Positions 56,801 to 64,000 of a stretch of 64,000 nucleotides of DNA are shown piece by piece; the stretch's first letter is position 1; each line of letters begins with the position of its first letter. Origin of the DNA: Klebsormidium nitens (Eukaryota; Plantae; Klebsormidiophyceae). The translations under genes were made by a program, and so were the position numbers. The stretch is from the NCBI GenBank assembly GCA_000708835.1, contig DF237068.1, positions 100,568 through 164,567 of the forward strand. Reading direction: 5' to 3'. Below the pieces are notes generated by a model, which was given only the letters and a program-made list of their open reading frames with translations, did no database searches and was not told where the DNA came from.

Positions 56801-59675
56801 AGTCCAAGATCTTGGAGGGCTATTCTAGCAAAGTCTGGGTAATCAGCGACCAAGAATGGTGATTGACATTTAAAGAGTTGGGGTACGCAAGCACTTCTGA
56901 TGACTTGCGAGGAGCTCAGGCGTTCTTCGAGAGTACGAAACGGTCCAGTCGGGACGAAAGCCTTACTGTAGAGAAGGGGAGTCTCGTCCTGGTTTAGGAT
57001 CTGAAGGACGCAGACGGAGTCGGTGGCCGAAAAGATGGTGCCCAAGGCTGCACACATCAATGATACGTTTTACTTCGGCTTTGAATCAAGGACCAAACAT
57101 GACAGAAGGGGGAAAACAACGAACAGCCTTGCTCGCTATGTGTTGGAACGACCTCTTGAGTCTTCGCTTCGTTCTAAAATCCGGAGAATCAGAATCGAAT
57201 GTGTTGCGTCAGAAAGTGTTGGCTCGGCCGAGATTGTCCGCTCCAGTAACCCACACTTTGTCCGCTGTTGCTGCTTGACATATTTTGGAAGTCCTTCTAA
57301 CCGGTCCATCAAGAGAGGTATTGGACATCGAGCACTTCCTCTATGGCGAGAAAAGCTCAAAAGCGGTCACCCTGACAAACAGCTCCACGATGCGCTCACA
57401 GAAACAAGGCCGTTCAAATTCAAGAGGCGCGAGCGAGAGAGTAATCAACAATGTTCAAATGTAAGAACGATTTCCGAGTAAGGCGGTGGACGTGACTAGC
57501 AAGGTCGGAGCATAATCTAAGCAAACTGTTCCAAATCCTTTTACATACAAGATGTTAAAGACAAAAATGGGGCAATAAGGATACAGAGCTCTTACCCAGA
57601 TAGTCCGCAATCGTCAGCTTTCTGATGCCAAAGCGGGGGAACGTGATCTTGGCAGCTACAAAGATAGGATTTGGAATCTGATTTTCCGCCACGAAGCAGG
57701 CAGACTTTGGCAGAAGGAGAAGCAGCCTTCCAGTTTCCTCAACTTCAAGATTGACCAGATTAGTGCCGCAAAAATCTCAAATGGGTCGAAACAAGGCACC
57801 TGTGTCGATTCAAACGATTGGCAATGCGCAATATGCATCTAAAGAGTGCCAGCAACTTGTTATCCGGAATCATTTGGGTCCAACGATGATGCTTGTCTCT
57901 GTTACGCAAACTTCTGATTGCTCCTACTCTCACTCTACCATGCTTCGAGGGAGAATTGCAAGGTCCGACTCCTCCCATATCTATGCGATGCCTTGTTGGT
58001 TGTGACAGCGGAATAGCATTCGAGAAAAGAGCCGAATTGCGACTTCTTGCGCTTGTATGTTGGCAATCAGACTAAATAATCAGACTGAATAGTACAAACC
58101 ACAGGTAAAACTTCACATTTAGACAGACTGCTCAATCGACCAGAGGTTTACCTGCTGTAATGACTGCGGTAGAGACAAACACCCCGACCACGCCATACAG
58201 GATGATGGGAAAGAAGTTCCGGAAAAACTGCTTCTTCTTCACCGAGAAGCCTGAAGGAACGCTCGAGTGGATTAGTGGCGGATGACCTTTGTGGCGAGTG
58301 CGCAACATTCAATGGATTTCAGGGCTGCCCTTTTAAAAAGCCTTCGCCTGTTGACTTGGATGCTTTGAAGGTCAAGAATCAGATCTCTCATTGCTCAGCC
58401 TCGTTGCTACTGGTCTGACACCCTAGTAAGCCTTTTATCCATGATTCTCATTCTTACACCCATTTCCCTTTGCATAATCCAAGTGTTCGGAAGCATCACA
58501 GTCATCGGCACTGGTAGCTCTTGGTCTACAAGCAAACATATTGGAGGAAAGCGGCTGGGGCCACTGATATCTGATCAAGTTGTGACTAAGAAGCAGACAC
58601 CTTGCCTGCATTGAAGATAATTGGAGGTAGAAGATAGATGAAGAAGATCTCAGTGTCGAAGTGGAGGAGAGATGTTGTCTGGCTTCCACCAGAGGCAATA
58701 AAGAGTGCACCGCTGACAAGCCCCTGCAAGAGAAAGTAATACGGTTGCGATTCACTCTGAATAACAGTTGGGATTGAAAAGGAACAGAAAAACCGGACCA
58801 GTCCTGCTAGCGAGAGCAAACACAAGGATGAATAATCTAGTGCTGTCTTCTGACCCGTGCACGTATCGAAGAAGAAGTCACAGAACTTCGCAAAAAAGAT
58901 GGTATGGGGACATAAAATGTGCGCTCAGACGAAATATTGTGAAGGGTTGAAAGACAGATTGACCACAAAGTAGCTGCGGCACACTGACTGAAAAGCAATC
59001 GAATAGGCATACATTGGCAGCAAAGCATGCAATCAATTGCCCCTTTCATCAATGATGCTGTATCATCAGACTTCGAAGTGAAAGCTCCGATAAGAGTTTC
59101 CAAAGCATGAGTAGGCATTTTCAGACGCGTGACACTAAAAAGAGGTACAGAGGTACAGCAGAGTTGTCATACCACCACATTGCATAAGTTGATAATTTAG
59201 AAAAAAACCTCCCAAACTGAAGGCGTTGATTGATCAAAGATGCACCACGCCATGATGAAGCTGGTCACTTATGTGGTGGCACAGAAGCTGACGTCAGAAA
59301 GAGGATGGTGCTTCTAAAACTGCACCTTAAAATTGTATCAGCCAATCCGAAGTTGATAATTCATGGTTTAGGCAGCACTAAGGAATTCTGACTGAATTCT
59401 TCTTCCTTTCCTACACTACTCCATTAAAGTGGATCTGGGTTTCCATGTCACCAGAGCCTTCAAAACATGCACTATACCGCCAAAGAGCGCGAACTCACCA
59501 GCAAGATTGCGATGGTGGCCTCGTTGAAAAATCTGCTTTCTTCCAGGAGATGTCCCAGAACGATGCACAGTAGCAGCAGCGTCACAATCAGGACCAGGGC
59601 CCATACGTGCATGTGATCAGACTCCTCCCATGCAGCCGCCACTGACTGTAACACCATGTTCCCCACTGCTGCCAT
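50849..59675 (-). CDS. NHX: Vacuolar-type (class I) Na+,K+/H+ exchanger NHX, 15 exons, about 578 aa (one apparent 1-nt frameshift in exon 14)
   Basis: Exons 59675-59499, 58723-58606 (FFIYLLPPIIFNAG, GC donor), 58250-58152, 57655-57596, 57047-56967 (FSATDSVCVLQ), 56629-56573 (LVFGEGVVNDAT), 56162-56059, 55741-55628, 55112-55012, 54429-54328, 53642-53513, 52942-52880 (WWSGLMRGAVSIALA), 52504-52421, 51668-51429, 51054-50849 (HRLWRAFDNKFMRPSFGG). Confidence 0.92.
51785..51834 (-). repeat. Intronic copy of the acceptor and first 13 codons of NHX exon 14
   Basis: ccccctgcag|GCTTTTGGCAGCGTCAGCAAACCCCTCATTGAGTGGGTCC at 51824 versus the true exon at 51668. Confidence 0.9.
54850..54952. repeat. Near-perfect 51-bp tandem duplication in NHX intron 9
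   Basis: AAAGGCGGCCGTCGAAATCTG(T/A)AACCCATCCGTCGTCTGATGCTACAAAAC x2 with one mismatch. Confidence 0.9.
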
Positions 59676-60118
59676 TGAGAAAGTGGCGGCAATGATGGTG
59701 TAGAAAAGAAGGGGCGGAGGGGGGAGGCGGTACAAAACAAAATTCTCTTACACCACAGGTTTACATGGGTTTCTGGACATTGCAGTCCCCCTGTATGAGC
59801 TTTTCCTCAATCAAGACCGTACGGTGCACAAACTTCGAATGGTGGACAGACAACGGCGCCAGGCGGAATTGAATGACTCGAAGCAACCGCAGCTCACTTC
59901 AAGATTGGTGCGGTTTTGCTTAGATCATATAGAAGCATTGTTTGGACAACAAAGTACAACAAACCTCCTAATCTTACAGAAAGCTGCACAGCGGGCTCTT
60001 CTCTTGCAAGGATGTAGAATTCTGCTCAATTGACAGTTGCAATAACTTTTTCCAATGCCAATGCCAATGCAGATTCTCTCGAGATCATCACAGATCTGCA
60101 GGTCCTTCTTTCACGGAA

Positions 60119-60170
60119 GTTTAGGGTTTTCCGTCAAGTTTGCTTAACCAGCCTCAGGCTTGTAGGGTTT
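60119..60170. promoter_or_regulatory. Two telo-box-like (AAACCCTA) motifs between the divergent NHX and MYND genes
   Basis: TTAGGGTTT at 60121-60129 and TAGGGTTT at 60163-60170. Function is not shown by the sequence. Confidence 0.35.
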
Positions 60171-60486
60171 CTTCTGAGGGTTTTGTTTGGGAACCATTGT
60201 CAAACCCTGCTCAAAGCCTGCGCGCAAAGAAGGGTTTTCAGCAAGGGGGGTTGAAGTTTAACTATTTCGTTCGAAATCTGCATGCTGCGCGCAAATTCCA
60301 GCTCAGAAGAAGCTAGAGGCCCTTGACTATCTAGAGCACTCCATTGGCATTGGCGTCATATAGGCAACAGGGGCTGGTGGGGCAGAAGATGCCATGGGGG
60401 AATGAAATAATTCAGCCATTGCAAAAGGCTTGCTCCAGTCCTGTCTTTCTGCTAAAGATCGACGGGGTAAACTTCAGATTGCACAC

Positions 60487-63136
60487 ATGGCAACTTCCGG
60501 GCGCAAGATGAAGGTCGACCTGTTCGTCGAAGTGCCGGCTGCAGGAAGACACTTCCTACACACTGTAGAAGTTGCACCAAGCTCGTCAACAGCTGGAGCT
60601 GCGCATGTGAATTATGAGCAATTGATTCAAGCCCTGAATGAAGGGCAGCTGCTACCCCCGGAGGCATGCTATGCTTTTCTCCAAGAGGATGGTTCGCCAG
60701 TTGGGAACATGTCGACGCGATTGGTGCCAGGACGAGGAGCGATTCTTACGCTGACACGGGCTCCGGCAGTACGACCACCAGGTAGGGAAGGAGATTTAGA
60801 GTTTAGAGTGTAAGGTTTAAGGTTTCAGGATTCAGGTTTTCGGTCTGTTTGACAGTGATCGGAAAGGAGGGCAATCAGGAAGACTGCAAAGGACCACCCA
60901 TCTGCAATGCTGTTAAGCAGTGAGCAAGTAAAGTTCTGTTCGTTCACTAGCGCAGATTTCCTGGTGTTCTAGGATCTGTAGAAGCATGTAATCGACCTTG
61001 CTTTCATATACTTGGCCCCTGCCTTGAGCCCAGTCCCTATCGCTTCCCAGATTGATGGTTGCCTGTTATGCTGTATGATTCTCAAAGGCTGCTCTTGAGA
61101 GTACACTCATCATCTCTTCGCAGATTTCTCTTCCTCAAGTGCCTCTGATCAAAAGTCTACTTATTACTCACATGCTGTTGGTATACTTGTCCTGAGTACT
61201 ATGCACTTGGGGAATGCCTGATCGCCGCCAGGCTTGCTTAAGCTCCTCTTTGCTACCTGTTGAAGGCACGAAGAAACAGTCTGTGAACAACAAATGGTAG
61301 CAGTATTGCTCGTTTCGTCCTCAGCAGGAGCCGGTATTGGCTTACTTTCACCTCCATTCTGAATCCATGAATTTGCTAACCAGACCACTTTTGACATGAC
61401 CTGACCACCTGACCCGATTCTGTTACCACTGCCTCTCACCCTGGAAATTGTTGAGAAACTATCGAAGAATCATACATGAGCCGTCCAGTAATGTCGTTTT
61501 ACTGCAGATTTGTCCCCCGTGATGGTTAGCTCGCAACCCCGCGCCCATGCCCCTAGCGTCTGTCGGAGTCTCCGAAGCGGAGCTGAGATCAACATCCCAG
61601 TGCAAGCGGCAACGGGGACCAGCATCGAATGCATCATGCCACGCCAGAAAGCGCTCGACCTGGGCCTTCACTGCTTGCTGGAAGACATCAACGAAGGATT
61701 TGACTACTTTGGACTGGTCAACTGCAAGGTAAACGCTTCGTTCTCATGCTCGGTTTCGTTGTTTGAATCGGCCTTCCGCTTCTCTTCCTGTCTATTCTGT
61801 CATCATTTCCTTTCTTGTTCCGCAATGCCAGGCAAGCCATTCATCGCCTTGTCCTTCTCTGTTCCTCTTTTCCTTCGACTTCTCATGATCTGTTCCTTGT
61901 TCTTCCAAGCAGTCAGTTGGTCTTTTGAAGCTTCCTTCTGTACCTACAGCATCACAGAAAGTACTCTTTGTTTTTGGATACTGCGAACCTGGACAAGAAA
62001 GATGATGGGACAACTACCCTTGAGGTGGATAATTGTCGCCCCAAGCGATATCAATTTGGTCCCTGAGTGGAGTGGCCCTCTGGCCTTTGCATATTTTAAG
62101 TTCCGCAGTGCTATCCTGGGGGGTTCAAGTTCTGGAGAACAGAAGTGTGTATGGTCGGATTAGGAGAAACGGAGATGTGCACGTAGAAGCCAGATTGATC
62201 TGCGTCTGGCACCTTCTTCAGTACTTGTTTTGTCCGCACTCCTACGAACTCCACTTCGTGTTTGTCACAATGCTTTGAGACTTGATCAGAACAGAACTTG
62301 ACCTTCTCGTGAGGCACCTTAAGATTTTACTGATTGCTTGTAACTAACGAAACGTGCGAAGGCTGGCGACTCGAGGCTGCTCAAGAATAGAACTGGACTG
62401 TTTTGTTTTTAGCAATTGTTCCTCTCTCGAGCTGCTTTCGAACGACTTCGATGGTCAATCTGTACAGTAGTTCAATATACGGGTCTCGTACATGGAGCGA
62501 AAGTTCTTCCCTCGAGTGCTCTGCAGAAGTTGTGATCTGCTTAAGACGGGGCAGAACCAATAGTTCTGGAGAGGAAGTCCTCCACTCATTTGGCTTCTCA
62601 CTTCTTGAACGACGTCTCTGATCTCAGAAAAAAGAGTTTCCACTTACGCTGAACACCAATCGCTCAGGATCGTAGCAGTCCTCACGGCAGTCCTCTGGCC
62701 CGGAGTAGATGCCCCCCAAGTAATGACTCTTCCTCGTCTGCAGATTCCAGGAAACATGATGCTCCATGGCTCAAGACCGGACGAGGGGCTGGACTCCCTC
62801 CTTCACGTGTACTGCAGCAAACAGCTTGTTCCAGACATGCCGTTCTTTGCCAACACGCTGATCATCGGTTCCCCGGGGGTTATGAAGATGAAAATGAGTA
62901 TCAACTACGGGGTTAGGGAAAACCCACACCACCCGAAACCGTGCCCTTATAGGTGCTGCAATCAAGATCTGGGCCCGGAGATTCTGGGGGAAGTCAGGGG
63001 GTGCGACAGCTGCGGCAGAGTCAACGAAGATCTTCGGAGGTGTCCCTGCAGGACAGTTTCCTACTGCAACGAAGTCTGCCAAAAGCGGCACTGGAGGGCG
63101 GGGCATAAGCGGGTGTGCAGTGCGAGGGTGTCGTAA
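60487..63136 (+). CDS. MYND zinc-finger protein with N-terminal ubiquitin-like and central retropepsin-like segments, 3 exons, about 302 aa
   Basis: Exons 60487-60781, 61508-61728, 62744-63136, phase-consistent; a possible cassette exon lies at 61124-61180. C-terminal MYND is CDSC...RCPCRTVSYCNEVCQKRHWRAGHKRVC. Other domain calls are inference. Confidence 0.8.
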
Positions 63137-64000
63137 ACTGTGCCTCCGTGTTAACTTCATTAGTATAGCAGATAAGCAAATGTATTATGTAGTTGGATAA
63201 TCCTGCTTAGGGACCCTTGCACTCAAGCGGAGTGTGGGGGCCTGTACATATCACCGTACTTACCATGACGGTAACATCAGATAGGTCAGAAAATGCATAT
63301 TGGAACTTGATCCGGTTGATCCAGGTAAAAGCCGACTCAAAATGCAGGGGTCACTGAGCTGAAAGAAGCATGCATGCAAAGAATAAGTTGTCCTGCGAGT
63401 CCAGGGATTTGAACCTTCGCGCGGCCGCCCCGCCCGGCCGCCTAAGTAGATGTACGAATCGAGTCCGATCGAGCCTAATTTCGATCGTCTTTAAATTAGC
63501 CTCAATTTCATATGCATGCATGGGACAGCTAGTTGGATACATAGCGTTCATGAAGAACCTCCAGGACCCGCCCCTATCTCCTTGCTCCAGATTGAAAGTT
63601 GAAAAGATTCGATCGCAGCGTTATCCACCGTATGCCGTCGATAAACCCATCGACGGTGCGCGCAGCCCTCAGCCAAATCGAGCAGTGTCAATCGGGACCC
63701 GATGGTACACAAAACGGTACAATTCGTGTACAAAGTGAACCGCCACACGCATGCGTATTTACTAAATTGCCACATGGTACGCGCTGAAGCTAGCCAGTTG
63801 TAAATTTTGTCAGGTTCTGTGTCAGACTTTGATTCGTACCGTACGGTTGGCCAATTTATCGGGAAGACCTCTACGGTAGTTGCAATTTAGGCTGGCCGTT
63901 GCCCGCGATAAATATGACAGCGCTCGATACATCAAGAGGATACCGCCAATTCAAACTCGCCGGTGCGCACTGTGCACTGTGCTCTGTAGCTACAGGCGAG

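Noticed and set aside
15191-59675. Functional ion/stress gene cluster (K+ channel, D-CDes, GSTZ, CipC, NHX)
   Set aside because: No shared pathway, mixed orientations and unrelated genes interspersed; co-location is explicable by chance without synteny or co-expression data.
63634-63657. Helitron 3' hairpin (CCGTCGAT/ATCGACGG)
   Set aside because: No downstream CTRR terminus and no 5' TC boundary or Rep/helicase sequence.

Overview
Eukaryotic nuclear DNA, about 50% GC and intron-rich. The gene set (ABCI20, plant-type Shaker channel with KHA domain, D-cysteine desulfhydrase 2, DUF3685, vacuolar NHX) and intron style suggest a streptophyte alga, probably Klebsormidium-like (inference). I hand-spliced nine multi-exon genes with phase-consistent junctions. 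On +: ABCI20 (3053-8346), a small N-acylation-motif orphan (11721-12591), D-cysteine desulfhydrase 2 (29399-33891), zeta GST (about 35306-40224), CipC/DUF3759 (42158-43308), DUF3685 (46024-49927) and a UBL-like/retropepsin-like/MYND protein (60487-63136). On -: a Shaker K+ channel (27744 to about 15191) and an NHX Na+/H+ exchanger (59675-50849). There is also one intronless 238-aa ORF (45328-44612) and three MITEs, two of them nested, between the K+ channel and D-CDes start codons. The most unusual signals are four. (1) 'Exon echoes': at least 13 degenerate intronic copies of splice site plus exon edge in four genes, whose differences from the used exon are mostly synonymous. (2) A DDI1-like architecture with the catalytic Asp apparently lost and a MYND finger in place of UBA. 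(3) A Shaker channel mixing inward- and outward-rectifier signatures. (4) Two candidate foreign genes: fungal-type CipC and a virus-like intronless IQ ORF. Gene models and family assignments come from manual reading and motif recall, not from database searches.
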